A stretch of DNA of 63,774 nt, the filler included, from Choristocarpus tenellus KU-1152 (taxonomy: Eukaryota > Protista > Phaeophyceae): assembly GCA_964200185.2 (NCBI GenBank). It is 14 parts of 14 records of this genome, joined end to end, with 100 filler letters (N's around TTAATTAATTAA, not from the genome) between each part and the next. Parts side by side here need not be neighbours in the genome. Positions count along the whole stretch, not along the records: positions 47,551 to 53,215 come from CAXNAD020010089.1; positions 53,316 to 57,214 come from CAXNAD020017261.1; positions 57,315 to 59,956 come from CAXNAD020026033.1; positions 60,057 to 63,774 come from CAXNAD020018321.1; 10 more parts are not named here. The stretch is one strand, 5' to 3'. The position numbers were made by a program, and so were the translations under genes. Below are positions 50,380-63,552 of this stretch, piece by piece. Under the pieces are notes generated by a model that saw only the letters and a program-made list of their open reading frames with translations, was not told the DNA's origin and did not search any database. Position 1 is the first letter of the stretch; each line of letters starts with the position of its first letter.

Positions 50380-53136
50380 TTCTGACCTTGGATTTTTTTT
50401 TAGTATCAAATCTGTTATCTGGGTTGGAGACCGGGTTCGAGTATGCATTGTAACACGACTTGCTGTTGTTGGTGTCAAATTAATGTTGGTATGTGATCCA
50501 ATCTCGATTGCTTGCCCTGGTCCCTCCCTATCCTGCTTGCTGATGTTGCGTTCATATCCTTCACACTTCCTGAACTTGTGGGTTAGGTTCCCCCTATGTA
50601 CCCCCTTTCAATATTGTTAAGATATCAGTATTGTGGGCATGACCTTGAATGTGTTGTATTTGTGGGGTTGCAGGCACATGCTGAGGTGATCTTAGATTCT
50701 TGGTATGGTGTTTTTGTGTTCTGTGTAATCTATATTTACTAGTTGTAGTCTCTGTGATGAGACATCCTGCATTTCTGAAGGGTTTTGTACAATCTTTTGG
50801 ATCACCTCTGGAAAATACACCCTACATGTACATAGACTGTTCATTTACTGACTGCAGCTGTCCAGCGCAAGGTCATCTTGTAGCTCACCCCTCTAGATCA
50901 GGGGGCCCCGTTCCACATCAGCTTAGCCCTATTAAAGAGAAAAAAAAGGTTTTGACTGTTTTGTACCAGTTTCAGATTATTTTGTGTGGAAGTTGTACAG
51001 TCCATGGTTGCAGTTGTCACCTCCTTTTCTGCCATGTGTGTTTATTGGTTTTAATCTGATGGAATAGCCCCCTCTCATATGGTGGTGGTACAGTATTGGG
51101 AGAGTGTGCTGGACCCAAAGGAATTGATTGTTATCCTTCCCTCCATGTCAATATAGAATAGACTTCCAAAACTGCTTTATTTATAATCAGAGAATTATTG
51201 GAAAAGCAGTCAATATGATCAAGGTTTGAAGGCAGTTCTTTACTGTTTTTTAACACTGCATACATGAACCATGTCAGTTGTTTTGTGTTTTGTGAGGAAC
51301 AGGTTTGAAAGAGAATGGCTCACTCCATGGTTCCTCACTTCCCTTAGTTGAGAGCATTTTCCTTTCTATGTGTTTCAAGTATTCCATCATTTCTTTTCAT
51401 TGAAACAATGATAATGAAGACTTTCTATATATAATGAAGAACAGTAGAGTTTATCTGGTCGATCTCATTGGATTTCGTGACATTTGTTGCAATGTCTACT
51501 GGCTAGTCCACTCGCATTTTTTTTTTGAGGGGTTGAAGCTTTCTTGAAATATCTCTTCAACATTGCTATCTTTCAAATCCCCCCTTTAATGTATCTTAGT
51601 ATTACAGTGCAATTGCCATCCTTAATCGCACAAGATTGCTGGAACTGCTTGACTGTACAGGATTGCTAACCGTACCAGCTCCATCAACATGATGGTACTA
51701 TCTATGACATGATATCTTACCACAGAGTTCCACTATTACTTTGGTACCCCTTTTACACGATGGCTTGTTATCACTGGGGTCACTTGTGGTCTACAGATAC
51801 ACTAATGTTGACTATGTAGGCAGAGGAGGTCATATTATATCTCCGTTTCATAATATTTTGCCAATCTAAGTGAATGTAAGGTATCAGCGCAGTGGTAGCA
51901 CTTCTTCTGTTGGCAATGGCATTTTGGACCTCATTTCAACCTGGAGATATGAACACAACCCTTCATCACCACTTCCACTTCTGGGGAAAAGGGTTAGACA
52001 TTATCTTCCAGCAGCCCTGATTGGTAACAATCAGCCCATGGTAGTGGTTATTCTTCTTACCATGACTGTTCTTGTCACACATAAGAACAACAGTTTCTAG
52101 AGGTTTTTGTGGTACTACCTACCTGCTGTTCTACGCAACCAATATAGTGCATAGTGAGCTCTTTTTCATCTCTATGTGGGCGATATTCTTAATTGAGTGT
52201 GAAGAATTCAACACAAGCATTCAGAGGGAAGGAAGGCACCAATCAGGATGTTATAATTTGTTCGCCACCAATTGATCTCACTACATGTTACACTATTGTG
52301 ATTGAATTTGGTGAGGCTGAGTGAAAGCTCATACATCTGCTAAATAATAGTTCTACCAATATAAGCTGATTGAGATGCATTAGCAGTATGATAATTTGTA
52401 CGAAGTGTTTTCCTGTGCCATTGTTTGTAATGGTAGACCAATTTCTGAGGAAGTCAAAGTTGACGGGGTGTAAGATACTCACATATCTTGGGGTATTGCC
52501 AGCATTCATACATAAAGTTCAGTAAGTGGTTGAGGTGAGAGTGAGTTATCATCTAAGGGTGATATTCTTTAAGGAATATTTTTCGGCACCACCAGTCTAC
52601 ATGGATTGGTGAAAAATGTACAGTTTTATTAAAAAGGAAGTATGTAATATGTTGGAGTGAAGGTCCAATTGAAAATGGACTAACATAATGTACCTATTGC
52701 ATGAAATACGTTGTCGTGTCTCATTTGGTGTCCATCAGAGCTGGTGTCATGTCTCTTCAGCCAGTAACATTAACAAAAAAAATGGTAGCAACTAGTCTGG
52801 AAGCTAATCCGTCACATCTTGGAATACATTTTTCAGTTCTTCCAGTATTAATTTTCTCATTACTACTATTGTTAGGAATATATGACCAAAATGGAGCATT
52901 TGTTGCTGTCAGTAAGAACTGTCCTAAATTCGAGATATTCAGTTAATTAATTCTAAAATTCTATGATTCTATAGCTGTATATCTCTATAACTTTATCATT
53001 CTAATCATTTTTCAAGTTGAGATTCACACACATGTCCACTTCTTTCCCAACGTTTGCATTACTCTCATTCTTCTATTTTTTCCACGCTTCGAAATATTAC
53101 ACAGCTCGGGTCACATAACGCTCAATGCTAGATATT

Positions 53137-53215
53137 GGTTCAAAGCATCTGGTGGGGGGGGGGGGGGGGGTCTACATCAGAGGGGCCGTTTGGGCCCTTC
53201 CAAGAGAAGGGTACC
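53137..53215. mobile_element. MITE family B end (contig end)
   Basis: GGTTCAAAGCATCTGG-polyG-TCTACA. Confidence 0.7.
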
Positions 53216-53315
53216 NNNNNNNNNNNNNNNNNNNNNNNNNNNNNNNNNNNNNNNNNNNNTTAATTAATTAANNNNNNNNNNNNNNNNNNNNNNNNNNNNN
53301 NNNNNNNNNNNNNNN

Positions 53316-54621
53316 CTTTGACCTCCCCGCGTAGGAAGGGTGCCCAAATGTCCCTGAATACCAGGGTTGCGCTTGCAGTGCGGCACACCCTTGCGATGGT
53401 CCCTGGTGAGCATAAACTGCCGCGACATGTTGGGTTGGCTCTCGCAGTGGAGTTTGGAGTGTCCGAGCACTACCTCGAGGGCTCTGGGAGGATGTCACCG
53501 ATCAGCTCGCCCATGGCTACACGCTTGACCTAGGGGTGGCGACAAGTAGTGAGCGACCTTTGGAGCTCATATGGAGCAAGATGACTTCCTTACATAGTAT
53601 CAACTCCGAGAATCAGTCATCCACATTGCATCAGGTGGCAATGAATATGGTCGCCAAGGGGCTGAATTATAGCACAAGCACTATAAACATGTGGCTGGAT
53701 GATATGGGGGCCATGGATCAAACCCAAGCTTAAATCGTGGCAAGAGGTATGGGGAATGGACTTTGTTTGATATCAAGTGGATCGGAAACGTGGTGTGCAA
53801 GCCTCCATGGCGAACACGATCCATGTGGCTGAAACCTGGTTTAACGTGATGACTATATATATGGGGAAAGGTTTAGGGTATTTCCACATGAGGATGATAG
53901 CGACTTTCCAAGGTCTCCTACTTTGCAGCACAAGAGTCATATCCCCAAACCATGATCATTGCAGCCAACACCCACCCAGATTTGCCACACAGCTTTGATG
54001 GAAGCCTGGTGTTTGGGGGGGGGTGTGCGCCAAAAACGGTAGACAGGACAAGCAAGAACCATAAAGAGGGGGATGTGTATGAGCAGGACTATACTTTAGA
54101 CCATTTGTGGTACAGGAAGTGGTACACGGAGGAGCTACTGCCTGCCATCAAGACCAAGATGCTTTGGTTGCAGGGGAAGCGCATTGTCGTTCAGCAAGAC
54201 GGTGCCACCCCCCACACGGGCAAGGGCAACTCAGAAATCTTGTCAGGGGCAGGGAAGACTGAGGGGTGGTCGATTAGGCTTGTGATGCAACAATCTAACC
54301 CCCCTAACCTCAATATCATGGACCTGTGCTTCTTCAAGTCTTTGAAATGCCATGTGATGGGGGAGCTGTTTGGGTCCATTGAGGAGATGGTGAAGGTCAT
54401 TGAGAAACAGTATGAGGAGTATGATGAAACCGCACTTGAGAGGGCTTGGCCGCTCCTTTTTTGTGGTGTACAATCAAGTACTTAGAAAGGGGGTAATGGC
54501 TTCAGTGTGGAGCACACAGGTGTAAGGAAGGGGCAGCTGTGTGGTGAGGTTGAAAACACACCGAAGGTAGACATCGAGGTTTTTACTGTGGCTGATAAAC
54601 TTGTGAAGGATGAGGAGTAAT
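53316..54621 (+). mobile_element. Tc1/mariner transposase of the DD39D (plant-mariner) group, frameshifted
   Basis: IHVAETWF (=VHIDEKWF), KSHIP..M..AA..PD...FDG, LLPAIKTKM, IVVQQDGATPH and QSNPPNLNIMDLCFFKSL (=QPPNSPDLNVLDLGFF). Confidence 0.9.
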
Positions 54622-57059
54622 AATAATAAAAAGACCTGACCCTAACCAGAAATTCGTCAAGGATTCCAAATATTTTTTCAGAAATGAAATTCATCAACAT
54701 CTTCAAACCTTACGGACAACGCAGCACAGACTTACGACACGGAGGTGGCATAAATGAGTAGCTTGCCAGAATAAAGCAACTTGTAATCTTTGCTTTCAAT
54801 TTTCTTGGGAACATGGGAATGACATATACGTATGCATGGATGTGCATGTGTGTATCACGAAGGACCCCCCAAGTATTGTGATACTGCACTGTGTCCGATT
54901 AGTCACAAACTGTACAGTATGGACGGGGTGGTTCAAGACATCTGCATCAGAGGTAGGAGTGACCAGCACAATCACAGCCCAGATCGCATGGTCAGTAGGA
55001 TTCCAGCGAAAGGAGTCTCTATGCACGTTCCAATATACCTATCCAGGGAACTCACGGGATTGGGCCAGCCTGAAGAGACTCCACAACAGGGTATGACTGT
55101 GTGGCTTGTATATGCTAGTATTCCCGTTACCATCTTAGCAGATGTTGTCAAGAGGGAGGACAAGAAGCAACACACAAGGCATGGAATACAATATGAAACA
55201 CGAAAATAGAACGTGTATCTCTTACAACTAAGCCCTTCCAATACACCAATTCTTGTTTTATTTTACGATTTTGAGCCAAAGTAAACAAGAGGTTCTCCGG
55301 TTTGTCGTCTTGCATTATAAGTCACTTATATTTCATCTTTTCAATTCACTGTTATTTTTATGGACGGAGTGCTAACATTGACTTGAGAACATCAATTTCT
55401 CTGCGGTCAGATTTTTTTGAACAGAATTCAGACAAGATTCTGTACGCATCTTTACAAAAAGCAGAATTTTGCAATTCTGGGTATCTCTCGTTCACTTCTA
55501 CGTATCATTATTAGTAGAGAGTATTATCTTTCACGTGTGTGTATAAGTTTGAGGGATCCCAAGTCCGTGGTCAAGGGACAGCTAACCTTACAAGTCTTGA
55601 GAAGAACAAGAGCACAGTACTGGAGAAAATGCAACGCAAAATATTGCATAATCAAAAATGCATCCAATATAGTACAAATGTGTACTGAAGAAGGAAAGTA
55701 AGGAGGAAAGCAAAATACGCTAGTACCCAAGAAGGGCAGCCAAGAGAAAAACCCCAGACAGAGCGCACTAGAACTTGCTAGCTGGGATGGGACATCATCA
55801 ACCTCGTCAACTCAACCAGGTCCTACAGGGAAAAAGAGGGCAAATGGGGAAAAAATCAACCCAATACGAAAGAGACAACGAGAAAGGTCACACTCAGCAG
55901 GCAATGGTGAGTGTGCACGTGCCCTGACCTGATCTACTCGGGCTTCCTTGGCTGCTGCTCCAGTAGAATGAAGTACTTCAGCTATCAAAGCATCTCTGGT
56001 ATACCTCTCGTCTGCTAAGCTCCTTGTTCCACCAACCAACATGCTCGTACCACCTGTGTTGCTTGGTTGCCACCAATGGTTTTCCATTCCACATCCATGA
56101 TTCAACATCTTTTGAGGTCGTCTTGCAGGAACAGATTCCCACCAGATAGTTCTTCTCGTTTGCCTGACTGCCTTGCTTCCGCTTTCCATCGGTGCAAGTT
56201 TCCCTAACATCAACGGCTTTGGTAGTTGCTCATCCCCCGTGCATGCAACTGACCCTGCAAACATAAGACCCTTCGTTTTCACACAGTCGGATCCATACTT
56301 TTTGACACCCAGTCTTCACAAACAAGGCCATCTCTTTAGGACAACCGTGTGCAATCGGTGCGTTCCTGTTTTCAAAATCCTGTGCACAGTCATAGGACAA
56401 ATTTGTGATGACGAGATCATAGGTTCACATAGTGGACCTGGTCGAGTGTCCATCGTGTGTCACACGCCCACATAGGCTGACCTCAAGTACTTCAGCCTTG
56501 AGCATGCGAAATTTATCGAGCTCAAGAGTGATGACGACCCCACCTGTGGTTCTGTCGTAAAGCACTTCACTGTACTTGTGGAAACATTCGTAATTTATGC
56601 CACTGATGTGCTATAGACGCCAGTGGTGGAGGATTATGTGCGATCATAGGATAATCGGAAGGGTACACTGTTTTTGTGTATGTGAGATTTATGGCCCTGG
56701 ATTGAGTCCATGTGATGTAACTAATGAGATAGTACATCCAGATTATGTATGGGGTTTGGTATTGCAATCAAAATTCTCTGACATAATCGTTGACTTACGT
56801 CTGAGGCACAAATAATAATACAACAAGCAATAAGAAGACACCCCACAAAGTCACTCTTCTTTTCAAACCATGTGATGATATTCAGCAAGGGGAGGCAGAT
56901 TCAGTGAGTGAGGATTTGCGGATGGAGTGTCATGCTGTTAGATAATCTATATGGGAATCTGATATGTGCCATCATATACCAGATAGATGGGAGATGTATT
57001 CCTTCATTGACGTTCTGTGATCAGCATTCTGTTCCTTCCCGATACACTGGTCATACAAC

Positions 57060-57214
57060 GGCTCAAAGTAACTGGGGAGGGAGGGGGGGGTTTACACCAG
57101 GGTGTCCATTCGGGCCCTGACCAGGAAAGGTGCACTTACATTATGGCTCAAAGTATCTGGGAGGGGGTGGCGGCTGTCCATTTGGGGTCAATTTTTTCCT
57201 GTCGCGATTTTTGG
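57060..57214. mobile_element. Two stacked family-B MITE ends (57060 and 57145)
   Basis: GGCTCAAAGTAACTGGGG... is interrupted by GGCTCAAAGTATCTGGGAGGGGGTGGCGGC. Confidence 0.8.
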
Positions 57215-57499
57215 NNNNNNNNNNNNNNNNNNNNNNNNNNNNNNNNNNNNNNNNNNNNTTAATTAATTAANNNNNNNNNNNNNNNNNNNNNNNNNNNNNN
57301 NNNNNNNNNNNNNNGGGGTCGTGTGAGGCTTCACACCTTCTTATCTTCACTACTAACAAATAGCATTACCTCCCAAGGTAATTTGCACAACTTTGAGCCT
57401 GTAGGGAGAGACTTTCTCCGTGGATATATTTGGCAGCACCTTCCCCTTGCCCTTCCTTGTTCTTATTATTGTGGTGCTTCGATGCTGTGTTGTCACCAG

Positions 57500-57613
57500 G
57501 TGGAGAACTCAAAGTCTGGCGCTTGGTGGGGCTCACACACAATTTCCACACGCGTTTCATTTCACTGGAGGCAAAATGGATCCAAAATGCCGCAAATGCA
57601 AAGAAGATAGCCG
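57500..57613 (+). CDS. Possible isolated 114-nt exon
   Basis: ccag|(G)GELKVWRLVGLTHNFHTRFISLEAKWIQNAANAKKIA G|GTAC. The reading frame is ambiguous. Confidence 0.25.
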
Positions 57614-57904
57614 GTACAAACGCGACACTTACGGCATGCATAGTATGGCGAACCAGGAGTATTTCCCTTCTGTTGTTGTAGCTGGATCCTGCTGCACAGG
57701 GCATCGTTATATCTGTAGAATGCAGTCATCTAAACTTGATGTGGTATACTGTACATATTGTACTGTACAGTACTGAGAGACAAGAGACTGCTATGCTTGG
57801 TACTGTTGGTCTTGAGCAGGTTTGTAGGCTTGGTTATATTTCCCTAACCTTAGAAATGACTTTTGGGGAAACCATTCGATCAAGAAGTAAAAAAAAATGG
57901 GAGT

Positions 57905-58043
57905 TTGTTCGATATAAGAGAGAATTGGCAGTAAAACGTCGAACCTCTCTTATAGCCTGAAAAGTTGTGACAAGGCAATTCATCCTCTCTTATATCCCGT
58001 TTTCTCTTATATCGACCTCTCTTATATAGGTATATTGACTATA
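57905..58043 (-). mobile_element. Possible pogo/Tigger-like MITE end
   Basis: Repeated subterminal GATATAAGAGAG motif with a TA-TAGTC terminus. Confidence 0.35.
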
Positions 58044-58137
58044 TCACATTTACATTATACTTACTATTTTAAGTGACGAACATGTCCGGTTTTGGAAATG
58101 ATTTTACTCCAATCTACTTCCCACCCAGACACAACTG

Positions 58138-58387
58138 TACTCCTCCCCTACCTACAGGACATATGCCCGTTACACATCCATTTCAGCAACTTGCTATTGA
58201 CCTAGTTATGTATAAGACCACATCACTTGGTGCAAAATATGTGTTATCTGCCGTAGACCATCTTACAATATTCGCAATCTCGGTTGGCATTGAAGAAGCC
58301 GTGGCTGAAGCTCTTGTCGATCGTCTTTTTTCCATCTTTGGTCCTCCTGAAACACTTCTACTCTGAACAAGGCAAAGAATTGGAGTA
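58138..58387 (+). mobile_element. Gypsy integrase core fragment (inverted relative to its element)
   Basis: GHMPVTHPFQQLAIDLV...KYVLSAVDHLT...LVDRLFSIFGPPETLL, then (S)EQGKELE after a frameshift. Confidence 0.88.
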
Positions 58388-59930
58388 GGAGTGTGAGAGG
58401 TCTTCCGTCTTTGACATGACTTAGCAAGTTTCACACCGCTTCCGAACATCTTTATGTAAGGTCGACCACCAAAATCTAGCTCTAACGCTGTCAAACGTCA
58501 GCTTGAAAGAAAGATGGCCTGCAACTTAATGTTCATGTAGGGTATGTAAAATTAAACTTCAGGTTACGAACTGAATACGAAATTCTCCATTTATACAAAG
58601 ATGAACAGGCTGGTAAGATCGGTAGAGTAAGAGCTTCTTCTCTCTCTCTGTTGTGTAAAAAGATATGACATAGTGCAGACCGTTTTCTTATTGGGTAATG
58701 TTGCATTACTTGGGTCTGCAAGGTATTGAAAATACGCTCCAAACGGATCATTTTGGGCCTTGGCTAGAACTTCAGTATCAATTACAGGAAAAACATTGAT
58801 GGAGCTAACAAAGAGCTCAGAGTCATTTGCCACCCAAGTGATTCACCTAATCGATCCACGGACAATTCATAGCCTGGATATACCTCCCTTGCTTGAGAAG
58901 TTACATCAGTGGTTGCTGTTCACACATTTCGACTTTACAATGCCTTTATCAGGGTACATCTCTGATTATATAGGTAGATTTAGAATGATAACACTTACAG
59001 CAAGTGCAATATTTATTCTGGCTCTTCCGAGTTTATTTTGATTTCGCGCCAAGAGGTTTGGCAACAAATAGAAGCTCTTACTCTCTAACAATGACGGAGG
59101 GGTTTGGGGTGCTGGTTCATATTAACGTTTTCAGAATTCTTCCAGTTGAGGGCGTGACAACATATCTGGGATGTAGTGTAATCTGTCAGGGTCATGAAGG
59201 ATGGTACAATCAAAATTTTGTAGAGCCAAAGCCCACGGACTTAACCGATTGGACGTGTCTTGCAGCGTATCCAGCCACCGTAAGGCTGAATGATTACTAA
59301 TAAGTGTGAAATGTTTACCCCAAATATATGATCTTCAGTGTTAAATTGCCAGAATAACTGCAAGGCACTCTTTATAGGTGGCAGAATATTTTCGTGGGGA
59401 GGGGGGAAGTAAGGCACTATGGTACGCAAACATATCAAAATTGCCATCTTCGTTTTTTGGGTCAAAAACACCCCTCTCCCTCAGTGCCAACATTACTGGC
59501 ATCTACATGTACAAACAGTCCCTTCGAAAATTCAGGGAAGTTTAGAACTGGAGCCATGGTCAAAACTCGTTTGCACTTGTCAAAAGCAGTTTGCCGCGGT
59601 CGATTCCATCTGGATGGGATATCACTTTTCTCATTTTCTAAGATTCTTCGGGGTGGTGTAATCTCTTTTTGAACCTCCCTTTGTGTATTGCGAATCAATT
59701 CAACTAACGCTTCTGTTGCCGTCGCTAGGTGAGGAATGCACTTCCTGACAAAATTCATAGAACCCAAGAAAGATTGTAAGCCTTTCACAGTTTGAGGGGG
59801 ATACATTTATTTCTAAACTAGCTTTGACATGAGCTTGTGAAATACCTATTCCTTGTGGACTAACATCGTGTCCCAAATAATGGATTTGCTTTGAGCCAAA
59901 TTGAGCATTGGATAGCTTTAACGTAACCCC
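58388..59930 (-). mobile_element. Ty3/Gypsy pol remnant (RT end, RNase H, integrase Zn-binding)
   Basis: HYLGH, PQTVKGLQSFLGSMNFVRK, AFDKCKRVLTMAPVL..., VHVDASNVG, FWWSTLHKDVRK and SCQRRK. Confidence 0.9.
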
Positions 59931-60056
59931 TACAGGGTCAAAGTAGCTGGGGAGGGNNNNNNNNNNNNNNNNNNNNNNNNNNNNNNNNNNNNNNNNNNNN
60001 TTAATTAATTAANNNNNNNNNNNNNNNNNNNNNNNNNNNNNNNNNNNNNNNNNNNN

Positions 60057-60682
60057 CAAAGCGTGCAAAGGTGACCACTGTTGCTGCAGCAGCCGCTATT
60101 GCTTCTGCCAATGAACATGTTTCCACCTCAGAGGTGAGGAACTCTGGGGCGATGGCCATGCCCCCCCCCTTGAACAGCACACGTTCAGCCACGGGAGATG
60201 GGGTGATGGGCCTGCTGCATGTTGATTGTCCATCAGACATCGAGGGGGGCGGGGGAGGGGGACTACCCTTCTACGGCGGAGAGGGCAGTGGCAGTGGTAG
60301 TAGTAATGGTGTTACACAGGTAGAGATGGCATTCCCATCACCCTCACCTCCTTTCATGGCAGGGGTGATGGGCACAATGGGCAGCACTTCTCCATATCCT
60401 TTCCCGTTCACGTCCCGTGATGGCAACAATGCACTGCTTAGCGTGGGGTGCGACCCAGGCAAGCACTTCAGCTTTGATGGCATGGACAGTATGAGTAACA
60501 GTGGCGGTTGTGGCCTCCCCATACAGGGCTTGGGTGACTTTGCGTCCCTGTACTCCCCAGGTCCAGTTAGTCCTTCGTTTGCCACTGGTCGGCTTACCCC
60601 CTTGCACACGGGTCGCCTCACCCCCCAGCCCTTTTCCCCACGAGTGAATTGGGCAACTGGGGTCCAAGGATGGACGTCTTGA
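60057..60682 (+). CDS. Terminal exon of an unknown gene (G/S/P-rich, 5' truncated)
   Basis: About 207 open codons from the contig start to TGA, GC-rich, with a KRAKV basic patch and a duplicated TGRLTP. Confidence 0.65.
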
Positions 60683-62679
60683 GATCGACGCAGTCGATGG
60701 TGACGAAAATGTTTAAGTGGTGATGGCGCGCGCGTCATCTTTCGTCAACTTGCCCATCCCCTATTATTGGAGAGTGGGGGGGTTAGGGGGACTCTGCGTG
60801 GTGATTGCTGTCTACTTGTGAAGTTGGGGATGGAAGCAACAATACTTTGTGGGGTAATATTCCATGGGGCAGCGGCGTGTCCACCTTGACCTGCTGAGCC
60901 CCACAACTCCATTCTGTGTAAGTGGCTGCTGGAGGATTCCAATGTCTATATTCCAGTTATGCTTATACCAAAAAAGGGTATTTATTTTGGAAGCGATTTG
61001 GAGGTGGCATACCATATCCCAGATGAGATTAAAATCGGGATTGGAAATAAATATACTATAGGGTGAGCCTTCGTATCTGGTTGACAGCCTTGTTCTGTGT
61101 CGAGCTAATGTGGCGCCAGTAGTGGACCCTCAACAGGAGTTTATGCATGGCAGCAAGATATAGATTGCACTGGTCAATTGCCCTTTGGGAGATTGAGTAC
61201 CAGGGGCTACCCCCCATTGGGAGAGATTTTGTCTCATGCCCTTCGCACCCAGTTGTGCATCAGCAACACACAACATGTGTGGTATGCTTTCAATGCTTTT
61301 GCGTTTTCCTCTGATAAAGTGGTGTGTGTTTCTATTTTTTAGTTATTTTTAGTGGTGTACTTGTGGCAATGCTGTGCACTACTGTTTGTCCGTTGTGTAA
61401 TCTTTGTGTTGTAGACTTTGCATCCCAACCATCACGTTTCCGTGACATTACAGGAAGTGACAGTGGAGGTCAGACTTTATATCTTGAGTAATTCTGCCGT
61501 GAAAAAGAAAGGCGTGGGTGGTGGGACGATGTGATGTTATAAGCAAAACCATCGACAGTTGTGTGCTGTATGCTTGTGCTATGTGTTGTATGTAAGAAAT
61601 ATGTGTGGTTTGATGTAGAGAGGTGATGGCATTGATGGATACGTGCGTGCGTATGCGCAAGCACGTGTGTGTGTGTGTGTGTTTGTTTGTAAGGTAGGCG
61701 TTGGTGATATTGTACTAATGAACTGTTCTGTGTTCTGTTTCTCGTAATTGTTGTCAATTCCACCTGTTGCACTTCAACATGGTGTGTTGCATGTCAACTC
61801 AGAATGAGACTATATAATGACAAGGATTTATTCATGTGTGAGGAATCACTCAATTGGTGGCAGTCTCAAGGGTCAGAGAGATGGTCACTCTCTCCCTGTG
61901 GACAAAGCATGCCCCAATACTGTACTTTTTTCTTTCTCACCTCAGTTGATGTTGACCTTTCTTTGGTTGCCATCTGATGCCTGATGCTGTAAGGATATAT
62001 AGCCCGTTTGACATGCTCTCCTTCACGTTGAATGAACAGATTTTTGTTTTAAAGTAATTGTTAGGACAGCTCATATCTATCCAACCACATTATGTCCTTG
62101 ATAGGATACCATGTACATTTTGGGCAAGCAAGTGGAGCAGACATGCTTCAATAAATGTCATTTCACTTGCACAGAACACTCGTGGCAAAATGTTAGTTGT
62201 GTTTACCAGGCTTGGCCATGATATTGTACCAGGAGCCCAATGTAAACGAGAGGTACCTAGGTTTTGGGTCGTTTTGCATTGTAAGCCACTTTTTCATCTT
62301 GTACAATCCACCCACATTTCTGTGGATGAAGTCCTAAGATTGGCTTAAGAGGACTGATTTCTCTATTGCTTGAAAAATTAACAGCATTCAGAAAATTCCC
62401 CACACGCATTTGTACAAAAAGACGAAATTTGCATATCTGTCACCATCCTAAAAATGCAACCCTGGGTACCTCTCGCTTACTTTGACTTCAAGCACCCCCC
62501 TCTTTTTTCTAATTGCCCCTGCCCAGCAGCCTCCACTACGATTGCTACTCTTATTGCAGGTACTAATTGTGAGTTCACTACACTAACTGATCAACTTCCA
62601 GTAGATATAGAAATACGGAGTATCATCTTGAGCCAGTGTGGAGATATAGCACATACTCCAGAGTAGTGGTTTACCTTGA

Positions 62680-62765
62680 ATGGATGATGCAAGTGCACTT
62701 TTCCTGGTTTTGGCCAAATGGACACCCTGGTGTATACTAACCCCACCCCCCAGATACTTTGGGTC
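62680..62765. mobile_element. MITE family B end
   Basis: CCAAATGGACACCCTGGTGTA...CCCCCAGATACTTTGGGTC. Confidence 0.75.
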
Positions 62766-63552
62766 TGCACTTGTTCTATTTTAGAGGTATAACCGACTTC
62801 GGAATAGTCTATTGTAATCAAGGTCGTGTTTACAATAAGAACACAGGATGTCTCGATCTACAGTGTGCATGGGATCTTCCGTAGCACAGTGTCAGTGTCT
62901 TTCTGACAGAAGCGTTGATGCGCTTCCCCTTGCTGTAGGCATTGTTTCAAATACCACACATTATAGCAAAATCACTGATGAGAACTGTTGGGAAAAAAAG
63001 TAGAGGTCTCGCAAAATCATCAGTTCTTGTTCTCTTCCTTGAACTCTCTTGGCATCCTTCAATCCAGAATGTCGCTTCCCCACGAAAAAACAATTTAACC
63101 AGAGCATTCAATGAGTCCCTTTTTGAGTTTTCCTCCTATACGAATCTTAAGATAATTCCAGCTTTCTTTGCATATGTCGTTAACTGTGTAGTTCATCAAC
63201 ATATGGCATGATTGATTGATCAATAGTGTCTCTATCATGGTGCATTGCATATCATGAGCTCTCTCCTTACCTCTCATTTGTGAAATACACATAATCACAA
63301 ACCACTTAAACCCCAATATTGGATGGTATGCTGTACTTGGAGTTTTATAGGGTGAGCCGGCCTCTATTTTATTTTCGGTTATGATGCGTACACCAGAACT
63401 CTATTGGACAGTGAGATGGCACGGATAGATACACCCCCTCTACTTCTACTTCTGCAATATGTCATACACTCTCTTGTGGGAAAACAGGACGGGTAATGCA
63501 AAGCACACAACACGTAATACTAGCAGCACAGAAAAAAAAAAGATGGAGAGGT

